Below, one piece after another: positions 18,948 through 29,253 of a stretch of 64,000 bases of DNA. The translations under genes were made by a program, and so were the position numbers. Positions within the stretch are counted from its first letter, which is position 1; each line of letters starts with the position of its first letter. The notes below the pieces were generated by a model. The model saw nothing but the letters and a program-made list of their open reading frames with translations, did no database searches and was not told the DNA's origin. This DNA comes from an uncultured Fidelibacterota bacterium (GTDB lineage: Bacteria > Fidelibacterota > Marinisomatia > Marinisomatales > UBA1611): the NCBI GenBank assembly GCA_913040915.1, contig CAJWHW010000006.1:13727-77726 (forward strand). The letters run 5' to 3'.

Positions 18948-20065
18948 ATAGGAAAGTTGAGATTCTTGATTCAACACTTCGAGAAGGAGAGCAGACACCT
19001 GGAGTATCCTTTTCCGTTGATCAAAAAATAGCATTGGCTAAACGATTGGATGCTTTCGGGGTAGATTTTATTGAGATGGGACACCCGGCTGTTTCTCCAG
19101 ATGTTTATGAAAGTGTAGAAGCATTAAATGATCTGAGTCTCTGTGCTAATAAAGTTGCTCATGGTAGGGCGGCAAAATCAGATATCAACGATGCTTTGGC
19201 CATTGGAGTAGAATGGATAGGGATATTTTTTGGCACATCAGCCATCAGTTTGAAACATAAATTCAATGTGGATCGGCCAACGGCCCTACGGCGAATCAGA
19301 GAAGCAGTGACATACGGGAAAGATAAAGGATTAAAACTTCGTTTTACGGCAGAAGATGCCAGTCGTACTGACATCGATTTTCTAATACAAGTGGCGCAGT
19401 TGGTCCAATCCTGCGGAGCAGACCGATTCAGTCTAGCAGATACAGTTGGCTGTCTAACTCCGACAAAAACATATAAACTTGTGAAGAGTGTAAAATCGGA
19501 ATTGGATATTCCCATTCACGTTCATTGCCATAATGATTTAGGATTAGCCACAGCAAATACCTTATCTGCTTTGGAAGCTGGAGCCCAATGTGTGGATGTG
19601 GCAGTAAATGGTCTGGGTGAGCGCTGCGGATTAGCGCCTTTGGCAGAAGTGGTGACAGTCTTAGTGAATATTTATAAAGTGAATAGACAATGGGAATTAT
19701 GTTTAATCCCTGAATTAACGGAACTGGTTACAGAATTTTCCCAATTGGATGCAGGAGATAATCAACCGGTTACAGGCAAGAATGCATTTTCCCATAAGGC
19801 CGGGCTCCATGTAAAAGCGGTGGTTAAAGACCCCAGATCCTATGAAGCTATTTCGCCCGAATCTATCAATCGCACACGCAAGCTGGTTATAGACAAATAC
19901 ACAGGACGGGATGCCATCAAATATAAATTTGAATCTCTCAGTATAGTTCTAGATGAGAAGGATTTGGCTGCTGTTTTACAATGTATCAAAACCAAACCTG
20001 AAAAATTGAATTGGACGGATGTTGAACTTATTTCTCATGCTAAATCATTAGGGATTAAGGTGTAA
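18938..20065 (+). CDS. Homocitrate synthase-like DRE-TIM metallolyase (no LeuA regulatory domain)
   Basis: DSTLREGEQ, HCHNDLG, NGLGERCG, HKAGLH; 375 aa. Confidence 0.8.
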   Translation: MHIDRKVEILDSTLREGEQTPGVSFSVDQKIALAKRLDAFGVDFIEMGHPAVSPDVYESVEALNDLSLCANKVAHGRAAKSDINDALAIGVEWIGIFFGTSAISLKHKFNVDRPTALRRIREAVTYGKDKGLKLRFTAEDASRTDIDFLIQVAQLVQSCGADRFSLADTVGCLTPTKTYKLVKSVKSELDIPIHVHCHNDLGLATANTLSALEAGAQCVDVAVNGLGERCGLAPLAEVVTVLVNIYKVNRQWELCLIPELTELVTEFSQLDAGDNQPVTGKNAFSHKAGLHVKAVVKDPRSYEAISPESINRTRKLVIDKYTGRDAIKYKFESLSIVLDEKDLAAVLQCIKTKPEKLNWTDVELISHAKSLGIKV

Positions 20066-20093
20066 TTTCCAAACCAATTTTTATAGGAAAACT

Positions 20094-21266
20094 ATGAAGA
20101 AATATGGCCCTGATTATTACGATATAACTGATCTTCTGAGTGAAGAAGAATTGCTCATACAGCAAACGGCCTATGATTTCGTCCAGACGGAATTCATGCC
20201 GATCATAAGTAAACACTATGAAAAAGCCACTTTTCCCATGGAACTTGTACCTAAGTTAGGAGAACTTGGTTTTATGGGATCATCTTTGCCTGAAGAATCC
20301 GGTGGTGCAGGTGTAAGCAGTGTTGCCTATGGATTGATTCTCCATGAGTTAGAACGAGGGGATTCGGGTCTTCGCTCATTTGCCAGTGTACAGGGAGCAT
20401 TGGTTATGTATCCCATACATGCCTATGGTTCTGATGAACAAAAAGCTAAATGGCTTCCTGCATTGGGTTCTGGTGAAAAGATCGGCTGTTTCGGACTAAC
20501 AGAACCGAACTTTGGATCTAACCCCGGGGGTATGGCTACCAAAGCTATAAGGGAAGGAGATGAATGGATTATTAGCGGAAATAAAATGTGGATCACGAAT
20601 GGTTCATTAGCTGATGTTGCAGTGGTATGGGCCAAAGATGAAGAAGGTATTGTTCGGGGCTTTTTATTAGAAAAGGGAATAGACGGGTTTTCTGCACCGG
20701 TGCAGCATGGAAAATTGAGCCTTAGAGCTTCAGTTACATCGGAGCTTGTTATGGAAAATGTCCGGGTCCCTGATTCATCACGACTACCCAATATAGAAGG
20801 GTTGAAGGGCCCCTTGAGTTGTCTGACCCAGGCACGTTATGGTATCTCCTGGGGAATGGTGGGTGCTGCTACAGACTGCTATAATACAGCATTGGATTAT
20901 TCTAAAGATAGGAAACAATTTTCCAAGCCCATTGCAGGATATCAGCTTACACAAGCAAAGCTTGCGGATATGGTTACCTTAATCACTGAAGCACAGTTAT
21001 TGGTTTATCGTTTAGGAAGACTCAAAGATGAAGGTACTATGACTTTTCAGCAGGTATCTATGGCAAAGCGGAATAACTGTTCCATGGCCCGTGATATTGC
21101 AAAAACGTCTAGGGAAATTTTAGGCGCAAATGGTATTACAGAAGACTATTCACCTATTAGGCACATGGCCAATATTGAATCAGTGTTCACTTATGAAGGA
21201 ACACATGAGATGCACACTCTGATCTTAGGACAGGATGTAACTGGCTTTGCCGCTTATGATTCATAG
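20094..21266 (+). CDS. gcdH: Glutaryl-CoA dehydrogenase-type acyl-CoA dehydrogenase
   Basis: ELERGDSGLRS, GCFGLTEP, KMWITNG, GKLSLRASVT, TYEGT. Confidence 0.85.
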   Translation: MKKYGPDYYDITDLLSEEELLIQQTAYDFVQTEFMPIISKHYEKATFPMELVPKLGELGFMGSSLPEESGGAGVSSVAYGLILHELERGDSGLRSFASVQGALVMYPIHAYGSDEQKAKWLPALGSGEKIGCFGLTEPNFGSNPGGMATKAIREGDEWIISGNKMWITNGSLADVAVVWAKDEEGIVRGFLLEKGIDGFSAPVQHGKLSLRASVTSELVMENVRVPDSSRLPNIEGLKGPLSCLTQARYGISWGMVGAATDCYNTALDYSKDRKQFSKPIAGYQLTQAKLADMVTLITEAQLLVYRLGRLKDEGTMTFQQVSMAKRNNCSMARDIAKTSREILGANGITEDYSPIRHMANIESVFTYEGTHEMHTLILGQDVTGFAAYDS

Positions 21267-21300
21267 AATATTATAAAAAGCTGAATTTATAATATAAAAA

Positions 21301-22470
21301 ATGTTTTTTATCATTGCTCTATTAATATTGTGGACTATACATGGCTATGTTGCATACAAGGTAATACCAACAATTGGTTTATCTTATTATCAATCCATAT
21401 TTGCTTACATTTTAACATTTTTTCTTAGTTTATTACCCATAGTTCCAATTATACTAAGAATTAGCGGTAATGAAGCAAAATTGATAGATAAATTATCTCT
21501 TGTGGGTTATACAAGCTTAGGTTTCTTTACATTATCATTTTTGACATTTTTAGTTAAAGATATATTCGTTCAATTACTCTCTTTCTCCAGTGGATTATTT
21601 TACGATGATGAAATTATTGATGATAATAAAAGGGATTTTCTAAAGAAATCCTTATCTATTGGCTTACTTGGGATCACGGGTTCAGCAACAGCTTATGGAT
21701 TTTCAAACGCAAGGATTGGACCCAGCATTATCAAACAGGATATTTATATAGAATCGTTACCAATGGAATTTGAAGACTTCAAGATAGCACAAATTTCAGA
21801 TCTCCATATTGGACCGACAATAAAGAGACCATATGTTGAAAATGTATTGGATAAGATCAGTCAAGTTAATCCAGATCTTATTGCCGTGACAGGTGATCTG
21901 GTTGATGGTTCAGTTAAATATCTTCATTCAGATGTGCAACCCCTAAAGGATATGATCGCAGATTATGGAACTTATTTTGTGACAGGGAATCATGAGTATT
22001 ACAGTGGCGTTGATCAGTGGTTAGATGAAACTGACAAAATAGGTATGATAAATCTTGTAAATGAAAATAAAATAATTACAAAGAATAAAATGAAAATTGT
22101 CATCGCAGGAATCACGGATTACAAGGCACATCAGATCAAACCGGAACACAAATCAAACCCAAAAAAAGCTCTTGGAAATGCACCTAAAAATCTGACTAGG
22201 ATTATGCTGGCTCATCAGCCCAACAGTATCCATGCTGTTCATGAGCTAGGTGTAGATCTTCAGTTATCGGGTCATACTCACGGAGGCCAGTTCTGGCCGT
22301 TTACTTATCCTACAAAGCTAGCGAATGCTTACCTTGCAGGGCACTATAACCATTTTGGGACACAGATTTATGTAAATCGTGGTACAGGTTATTGGGGACC
22401 ACCCTTACGGTTAGGTGTTTCAGCCGAGATTAGTCTTTTTCGATTAAAGAAAAAAATAATTTTAACATAG
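21301..22470 (+). CDS. Membrane-anchored calcineurin-like metallophosphoesterase (YkuE-like)
   Basis: Three N-terminal TM segments, then KRDFLK; SDLH, GDLVD, GNHE, AHQP, GHTHGGQ. Confidence 0.9.
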   Translation: MFFIIALLILWTIHGYVAYKVIPTIGLSYYQSIFAYILTFFLSLLPIVPIILRISGNEAKLIDKLSLVGYTSLGFFTLSFLTFLVKDIFVQLLSFSSGLFYDDEIIDDNKRDFLKKSLSIGLLGITGSATAYGFSNARIGPSIIKQDIYIESLPMEFEDFKIAQISDLHIGPTIKRPYVENVLDKISQVNPDLIAVTGDLVDGSVKYLHSDVQPLKDMIADYGTYFVTGNHEYYSGVDQWLDETDKIGMINLVNENKIITKNKMKIVIAGITDYKAHQIKPEHKSNPKKALGNAPKNLTRIMLAHQPNSIHAVHELGVDLQLSGHTHGGQFWPFTYPTKLANAYLAGHYNHFGTQIYVNRGTGYWGPPLRLGVSAEISLFRLKKKIILT

Positions 22471-22611
22471 GTTGTATAATAAAAGAACATGGGCCGTAAT
22501 AAACGATAATAATTTATTTATTCTGATATGAAACCTAGAGAGTTTTTAAAACATTAACTCTTGGTATAATCGGACCTTCCATACTTATAAAAAGTGAGAA
22601 AAAAATCCAAT

Positions 22612-23475
22612 ATGAATAATTTAATTGTTCTTTCAACATGGGAACATGGCTTAACTGTTAATAATGCTGCATGGGAAGTCCTTTTTAAAGGAGGATCTTC
22701 GATGGATGCAGTGGAGGCCGGAGCCAGAGTTTCTGAAGCAGATTTAAAAAATACATCAGTAGGATTTGGCGGTTTGCCTGATGAGCAGGGTTACGTAACA
22801 TTGGATGCATGTGTTATGGATTCGAATGGGAATGCTGGTTCAGTAGCATTTTTGCAAAATATCAATCATCCTGTTTCTGTTGCACGAAAAGTCATGGAAG
22901 AGACCAAACATGTTATGCTGGTGGGCGAAGGTGCTCGGCAGTTTGCGGTATCAAGTGGTTTCGAAGAATTAGACTTATTAACTCCAGAATCAAAAAAAGC
23001 TTGGAAACAATGGAAAAAGCATCGAAGGGAGATGACACCCCATGAAACTCACGATACTATTTCTATTTTAGCTCAGGATAGACAGGGCGATCTTGCAGGT
23101 GCTTGTACTACCAGCGGCTGGGCCTACAAACTCCATGGAAGGGTAGGGGATAGTCCAATTATTGGAGCCGGTCTCTTTGTAGATAATGATATTGGCTGTG
23201 CTGCTGCCACAGGGCTGGGTGAAGAAGTAATTAAAACAACCGGCAGTTTTTTGGTTGTGGAACTTATGAGGCAGGGTTATGATCCAACTGCTGCATGTGA
23301 AGGAGCTCTTAACCGTGTGATTAAAGCCCATAATGGGAATCCCAATTTTCAGATCGCTTATATAGCGATTCGTAAAGATGGTAAAACTGGTTCAGCCTGT
23401 ATTAAAGGTACTTTCGATTATGCCTTGGCCAAAGGTAAAATAAATAAGCTCTACAAGATCAGTGGGATAATCTAA
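22612..23475 (+). CDS. N(4)-(beta-N-acetylglucosaminyl)-L-asparaginase (Ntn hydrolase)
   Basis: STW, SVGFGGLPD, HDT nucleophile site, GRVGDSP, TGLGE; ATG 22612 preferred over GTG 22594. Confidence 0.87.
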   Translation: MNNLIVLSTWEHGLTVNNAAWEVLFKGGSSMDAVEAGARVSEADLKNTSVGFGGLPDEQGYVTLDACVMDSNGNAGSVAFLQNINHPVSVARKVMEETKHVMLVGEGARQFAVSSGFEELDLLTPESKKAWKQWKKHRREMTPHETHDTISILAQDRQGDLAGACTTSGWAYKLHGRVGDSPIIGAGLFVDNDIGCAAATGLGEEVIKTTGSFLVVELMRQGYDPTAACEGALNRVIKAHNGNPNFQIAYIAIRKDGKTGSACIKGTFDYALAKGKINKLYKISGII

Positions 23476-23684
23476 TTATCTAATATAATATTGGAGATGA
23501 TAAGCGTAAAGTAAATATCTAGAAAAAGATCTGTATACACATCAAGGGTGTAATATTGTTTATCTTTAAGTTTATTAATCTTCAAAATATGCTAAATAAT
23601 ATCAAGTTATTTAGATAATGTAAGTTCAGTTATATTATAGATGAGCCGTTTATAGAGGTGGAAATGAAATTAATATTGAATATT

Positions 23685-25547
23685 TCAAGGGACATAGTCC
23701 TCTAAATACTTTAGCATTTTTGTCTGTTTTTTTAGCCATCCCAACCGAGTCTCCAATAATATGTAACGTATATCATGGCGAAGGGCTGCCCATGATAGAG
23801 AGCCATCATCTATTGGTTTCCATTTTTCCTGAAGCACAACATTATATGGTGACTTTGCCAGTATTTTGAAATCATTCGCGTTAGTGCAAAGGAAAAAATC
23901 TCTGGGGTTTTGATCTTCCTTAATTGATATAGAATCACTATTATCAATTTCTTTATGTACGTTGTAACCTCTAAAATTATTATGTATGGCCACAATCACA
24001 CCTCCATTTTGAGGAAAAATCTCTTCTAAAAATTCATTCCTTTCCTGATTGATATTAGTCAAAATTTCCTTTTTTTTAGTATTGGACCAATGGATGTTAT
24101 ATTTATTAATGTTGTCCAATGTTCCATCTGATGAAAATATACGATTAGGATCAATAAGACCGCCATGATAACTTATTTCTCGATCATCATTTTGGATGAA
24201 ATAAGCTGTCCCAGAACTATTTTTCATATGTGCATCTAGTGCCATATAAGCTGTTTTTTCATCACCATGGAACCAAATATATTTTCTGTCTCTATTGCCA
24301 TTCTTCACTATATCAAACTTTATTCCTCCAATTTCAACTATCTTTTTTATTTGTTTTTCTATTTCTAGCATTTCATCTATATGCTGGATTACTTCACGTA
24401 ATGTAATTTTTGTTGCTTTGTTTGCAACATCCCAATCCACAAGTCCGCCGATATGAATATGCCCGGCAGCAACACAATCCATCCCGAGTGAATCCAAAAA
24501 TGTTTTATACCACACACCTTGATACCCAAGAATTTCAGATAAGTAGCCCATTGAGCTTTCATGATAATCCACATATGAATTGAGACCTAGTTCTGCCTCA
24601 TTAATGGATTTTACGATACGGCCTGTTGGTAGAGAAGAATAAAGTATTTTCTCATCATATAAATAGTTTTCTGATATATTTCCAATTGTATCATCTATCC
24701 AAAGAAAACGATTTGAATTATGCCATTCAAGCTCCCAACTGTAGTCTATATATCCTCTACTAAATGTAATAATTGCTACTGGATTCAGTAACTCTACACT
24801 GTCCCAAAAATTTTCAAAAGTCTTTTCAATATCTATTTCAAAAGCTCCTTTTCCTTTTCCACAATTTCCACAATCCTTTGGATCAAACTCTGGAAAATAG
24901 GAATAAATATCATAACCTCGATTTTCCCAATTTTCTCCAATCCAACCATCTGGATTAGTTAAGAGGCTTTTACTGAATGGACGTATTGCTTCATTAGAAG
25001 GAGGCCAATAACCACATAACAAAATATTTTTACTATGAATAGATTTTTCAAGGTCGTTTTTTGGTTTATCTAATACCATAGTTGAAGGGTATACAGAAGA
25101 GATTAGCTCTTTAAAGGGAAAAATTGGTTTGGTGCCAGACGGTACAGAAATTTCTATGAGAATTGATTGACTCTTTATTTGTCCAGTTACATTTGAATGA
25201 TGATGTTGCATAATATTTTTTGTATAAGGTCCAACCCACCCACCTGTATTTAAATTAACTATATAGATAGAAGTACTATCGGTTAGGGCTGAATCAATAA
25301 TCTTAAAATGAATGGACTTTTCATCATCTAATGATATTATTAAATGATAGATTTCTTTATTATTGTGTTCTGTTGGTTCTAAAAACTGAATCAAATCACT
25401 TGGGAAAGAGGAAGGCACATCCATTTTAAGTTGATGAATTTCATCACTTAATTTCATTTTCAAATAAATTGGTTCACCATATGGTATTTCTTGTCCCCAA
25501 ATTTTTAAGCTAAATATCAAAAAAAGTATCAATTCGCGTTTCAGCAT
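23685..25547 (-). CDS. Exported multidomain protein: pyroglutamyl-peptidase(C15)-like domain plus C-terminal HGDE hydrolase-like domain
   Basis: Signal peptide; ILLCGYWPP, WELE, GYLSE, AAGHIHIG; later WFHGDE, DPNRIF, AIHNN. Confidence 0.5.
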   Translation of the reverse strand: MLKRELILFLIFSLKIWGQEIPYGEPIYLKMKLSDEIHQLKMDVPSSFPSDLIQFLEPTEHNNKEIYHLIISLDDEKSIHFKIIDSALTDSTSIYIVNLNTGGWVGPYTKNIMQHHHSNVTGQIKSQSILIEISVPSGTKPIFPFKELISSVYPSTMVLDKPKNDLEKSIHSKNILLCGYWPPSNEAIRPFSKSLLTNPDGWIGENWENRGYDIYSYFPEFDPKDCGNCGKGKGAFEIDIEKTFENFWDSVELLNPVAIITFSRGYIDYSWELEWHNSNRFLWIDDTIGNISENYLYDEKILYSSLPTGRIVKSINEAELGLNSYVDYHESSMGYLSEILGYQGVWYKTFLDSLGMDCVAAGHIHIGGLVDWDVANKATKITLREVIQHIDEMLEIEKQIKKIVEIGGIKFDIVKNGNRDRKYIWFHGDEKTAYMALDAHMKNSSGTAYFIQNDDREISYHGGLIDPNRIFSSDGTLDNINKYNIHWSNTKKKEILTNINQERNEFLEEIFPQNGGVIVAIHNNFRGYNVHKEIDNSDSISIKEDQNPRDFFLCTNANDFKILAKSPYNVVLQEKWKPIDDGSLSWAALRHDIRYILLETRLGWLKKQTKMLKYLEDYVP

Positions 25548-25552
25548 AAATT

Positions 25553-26323
25553 CTAATCTAGAATAATGTTAGGGAAAAATTGATCATTTCCATCAAGTTC
25601 AATACAGGCATGCCCTTTAAGATTTACTTTTTTAAACTGCCCTTTTAGTGAATTCCCATTATGCATAAAAGAGACAGTTTGATTAAGGTGCCCACAATAG
25701 TTTATCCAATTTTCTATAATTTCATTAGAATTTTGCAGTATTTTTTCCCAGCACTGTTCAAAAAAAGTTGTATAAATTGCGCATACTAATTCACGTTGGT
25801 GCACATTTCCTGTGACAATATTAAGAGATGTTGCTGTATTAACTAATTCACTAGGGAAATCTGTTTTAATTTCATTGATATTTAACCCGAGACCTATAAC
25901 TATAGCTTGGACTTGTTGTCCCGAAAGTCTAGTCTCACATAGAATACCGCCTACTTTTTTTTGTTGAAATAAAATATCATTGGGCCATTTCAGATTCGGA
26001 GAAGAACCGCGGTTTTCCAATGTTCTTGCAACAGCCACTCCCGCAGCCAGAGGCACAAGACTCGCATTTTCAATTGTGATTGAATCCATAAGAATAAGGG
26101 ACATGGCCAATCCTTTACTTGGACTCATAAACCATGAATTTGTGCCACGACCCTTGCCTTTAAATTGATGATCTGTTATAACCATCATCCCATGTGTAGC
26201 TTCGCCAGAATCAATTAATTTCCAGGCTTCGTCATTTGTAGACCCCAGTCGATTATAATACTCAATCTGTTTTCCAAAGAGGTGTGTACGTAAGTTGGTT
26301 TGAATCAGGTTTGTAAAGATCAT
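25553..26323 (-). CDS. birA: Biotin--[acetyl-CoA-carboxylase] ligase (no HTH)
   Basis: STND, Q.KGKGRG..W, KWPND, KVGGILCE, GLGLN. Confidence 0.93.
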   Translation of the reverse strand: MIFTNLIQTNLRTHLFGKQIEYYNRLGSTNDEAWKLIDSGEATHGMMVITDHQFKGKGRGTNSWFMSPSKGLAMSLILMDSITIENASLVPLAAGVAVARTLENRGSSPNLKWPNDILFQQKKVGGILCETRLSGQQVQAIVIGLGLNINEIKTDFPSELVNTATSLNIVTGNVHQRELVCAIYTTFFEQCWEKILQNSNEIIENWINYCGHLNQTVSFMHNGNSLKGQFKKVNLKGHACIELDGNDQFFPNIILD

Positions 26324-26904
26324 GTCTCTAAAAATAGGTAGGTTAATTCAGTATAGGCTAATCCAATAGACAAAACTATGCCTGTTATCACTTGGGTAGG
26401 CGTGTGAGCTTTTAATATTATGCGAGAAATACAAACCAATATCATGGATACGCTCATTATGACTGGTTCTTGAATTCCAAAAATCCATAGAGCAACAAGA
26501 GGCCCACCAAGTCCAATAGCATGAATTGAAATTTTCCAATACCGAGTAATAAGCCATACAATTGCAGTATTTAATGCATAACAGAACATAAGTCCTTGAA
26601 CCAAAATCGGTGCCTGAAGATATTTTAATAGAAAAAATCCAAAACTATAATAAATGGTACCATATACTAATGGTTGAACCCGTTGCTCACGGATAGATGC
26701 ATCAAAATCTGAAATTTCCCCTTCTTTTTTTAAAAATAATACTGTAGCAATAGTTAGAAGTGTAGTGAATAGGAAAGAAATAAAAAAGATTAGATGTGGA
26801 TTCGAATTATTATCGCTGCCGTAAACTAATACTCCAAATGTAAATGTTGCTACTACCATTGGATGAAAAAGAATTGAAAAAAAATTAGCTAGTTTTAACA
26901 GCAT
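26320..26904 (-). CDS. Integral membrane protein (PAP2-like)
   Basis: Multiple TM helices; WKISIH and SRI.LKAHT motifs. Confidence 0.65.
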   Translation of the reverse strand: MLLKLANFFSILFHPMVVATFTFGVLVYGSDNNSNPHLIFFISFLFTTLLTIATVLFLKKEGEISDFDASIREQRVQPLVYGTIYYSFGFFLLKYLQAPILVQGLMFCYALNTAIVWLITRYWKISIHAIGLGGPLVALWIFGIQEPVIMSVSMILVCISRIILKAHTPTQVITGIVLSIGLAYTELTYLFLET

Positions 26905-26907
26905 GAA

Positions 26908-28401
26908 TCATATATTCCCATATTCACCAAACACTTCACGAAAAGTATCCGCTATCTCACCCAATGTACAATCATTTTTAACACAATTAATTATAACTGG
27001 TATTACATTTTGATCTGTTTCAGCAGCGGATTTTAAATTCGCTATTTGTTTCTTAACCTGATCATTATTTCGCGTCTGCTTTAATTTCTTTATCGATGCA
27101 ATTTGTTCATTAACTTTTTCTGTATCAATTTTTAAGAGCTCCGGTTCAATCTCTTCCTGATTTTCATATTTATTTACTCCAACAATGATCTTTTCTTTTG
27201 TATCAATTTTTTTCTGATAATTATAAGCACTGCTTGTAATTTCATTCTGAGTCCAACCCATCTCTATGGCTGGGACAGCTCCACCTATTCGGTCTATTTC
27301 TTCAATAATTCTGAAGGATTCCTTTACGAAATTTTCAGTCATTTTTTCTATCACAAAACTCCCACCAAATGGATCAGGATATTGAGGAACACCGCTTTCT
27401 TCAGCAATGATTTGCTGTGTTCTTAATGCTAATTTAACAGCTTCATCAGTCGGCAATGCCAAAGCTTCGTCCCGACTATTTGTGTGTAGAGATTGAGTAC
27501 CACCTAAGACTGCTGATAAGGCTTGAATGGTTGTCCTAACCACATTATTATTAATTTGTGTAGCAGTGAGAGTTGATCCACCTGTTTGAGTATGGAACCG
27601 ACATAAAAGAGCTTTATGATTTTTAACTCCAAATCGTTTTGTCAAAATCGTAGCCCATAATTTCCTTGCAGCACGAAACTTTGCGATCTCTTCTAGAAAA
27701 CCATTGTGAGCATTAAAGAAAAAAGATAATCTTGAAGCAAACTTATTAGGGTCTAATCCTTTTTCAATTGCGGCTTGAACGTATGCAATTGCATTAGCAA
27801 ATGTAAAGGCTAATTCCTGTACAGCAGTACTACCAGCTTCTCGAATATGATATCCAGAAATAGAAATTGTATTCCATTGAGGAATATATTCTGAACAAAA
27901 TTCAAAAATATCTGTAGTTAGTCGCATAGAAGCAGCTGGAGGATAAATATAGGTTCCGCGAGCAATATATTCCTTTAAGATATCATTTTGAATTGTCCCT
28001 TTGATCTTGGTAGGAGTAACACCTTGTTTTTCTGCAGTAGCTATATAGAGTGCCAATAATATAGGTGCAGTTGCATTGATTGTCATGGAAGTAGAAACTT
28101 GGTCCAACGGAATGTTTTTAAAAAGTATTTCCATATTTTGCAGGCTGGAAATAGGTACTCCTACTTTACCAACCTCGCCTGTGGCTAAAGGATGATCAGA
28201 ATCGTAACCGATCTGTGTTGGAAGATCAAATGCAACTGATAAGCCCATTACACCATTTTCTAATAAGTATTTGTAGCGGTTATTTGATTCTTCTGCAGAA
28301 GTAAAGCCGGCATATTGACGTATTGTCCACAGCCTTTCTTTGTACATATCTTGATATATGCCCCGGGTGAAAGGAAATTGGCCTGGCTTTAACTTATTCA
28401 T
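26908..28401 (-). CDS. Methylmalonyl-CoA mutase, substrate-binding subunit (no B12-binding domain)
   Basis: [39 protein letters not shown]; no DxHxxG domain. Confidence 0.9.
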   Translation of the reverse strand: MNKLKPGQFPFTRGIYQDMYKERLWTIRQYAGFTSAEESNNRYKYLLENGVMGLSVAFDLPTQIGYDSDHPLATGEVGKVGVPISSLQNMEILFKNIPLDQVSTSMTINATAPILLALYIATAEKQGVTPTKIKGTIQNDILKEYIARGTYIYPPAASMRLTTDIFEFCSEYIPQWNTISISGYHIREAGSTAVQELAFTFANAIAYVQAAIEKGLDPNKFASRLSFFFNAHNGFLEEIAKFRAARKLWATILTKRFGVKNHKALLCRFHTQTGGSTLTATQINNNVVRTTIQALSAVLGGTQSLHTNSRDEALALPTDEAVKLALRTQQIIAEESGVPQYPDPFGGSFVIEKMTENFVKESFRIIEEIDRIGGAVPAIEMGWTQNEITSSAYNYQKKIDTKEKIIVGVNKYENQEEIEPELLKIDTEKVNEQIASIKKLKQTRNNDQVKKQIANLKSAAETDQNVIPVIINCVKNDCTLGEIADTFREVFGEYGNI

Positions 28402-29135
28402 GTCATTCCTCGTTCTTTTTTAATTTGCTGGTATGCATCATTTACAGCCTTGAATTTTTCTTCTGCTAATTTTTGCATTTCTTCACCAAGATGAGCTACT
28501 TTGTCTGGATGGTATTTATTGGCCATTTTTCTATAGGCTTTTTTTACATCACTATCAGAAGCAGACTTCTTAATCTCCAAAATTTTATAATTCGAAGACT
28601 CATCCTTCAAAAACATGGCTTTCAAGGATTCAACATCATTTTTATTAATATTAAGATAGTTTGCAATAGTATAAATAACTCGAACTTCATCAGGGTGTAC
28701 GTGACCATCAGCTGCTGAAAGTCCAAAAAGCACATGGATCAATTCCAATCTACTAGGATGATCCATGGAGCGCTGTATCTGGTTGCATACATCCTTCAAT
28801 GGGTAATCTTGCTCAAGAATATCCTTAAAGAGTGTCATCAGTTCCCTAGTTTGGTGTAGACCAAACTGCTGTTTAAGAAAGTTTTTCACATAGTCTAATT
28901 CTGATTTTAATAGTTTGCCATCCGCTTTCATTACTTTTGCAAATAAAACCAGAATTGTAACAACAAAATCAGCAGGCCTGGTTTGGGTGTATTGCCGTCT
29001 GCTCCTAGTGGATCCAGTCCACTGAGAAGATTGTTCATCGGTCATTGAAGCAAAGGTATACCCTAAAATAGCACCTATGGGTCCACCCATGACCCAGCCT
29101 AAGCCACCCCATAACCATTTTTTATTTATAGGCAT
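28398..29135 (-). CDS. djlA: DjlA-like co-chaperone (TM-TerB-J domain)
   Basis: [10 protein letters not shown]-terminal TM, TerB-like KADG domain, J-domain YHPDK. Confidence 0.85.
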   Translation of the reverse strand: MPINKKWLWGGLGWVMGGPIGAILGYTFASMTDEQSSQWTGSTRSRRQYTQTRPADFVVTILVLFAKVMKADGKLLKSELDYVKNFLKQQFGLHQTRELMTLFKDILEQDYPLKDVCNQIQRSMDHPSRLELIHVLFGLSAADGHVHPDEVRVIYTIANYLNINKNDVESLKAMFLKDESSNYKILEIKKSASDSDVKKAYRKMANKYHPDKVAHLGEEMQKLAEEKFKAVNDAYQQIKKERGMT

Positions 29136-29253
29136 AAAAACCCTTTAAATGGAATAAAGTAAATATGATTGAAAACTAATCCTAAATTTATCCGTTAAAC
29201 TATAATAGTTCACAGGAGTTTTAAGATCAAGCAACATAGGGTATATTCCACCC

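Noticed and set aside
23476..23684. AT-rich gap between convergent genes with a weak ctaaataa/ttatttag inverted repeat
   Set aside because: No convincing ORF, RNA or terminator; may be decayed coding DNA but cannot be assigned
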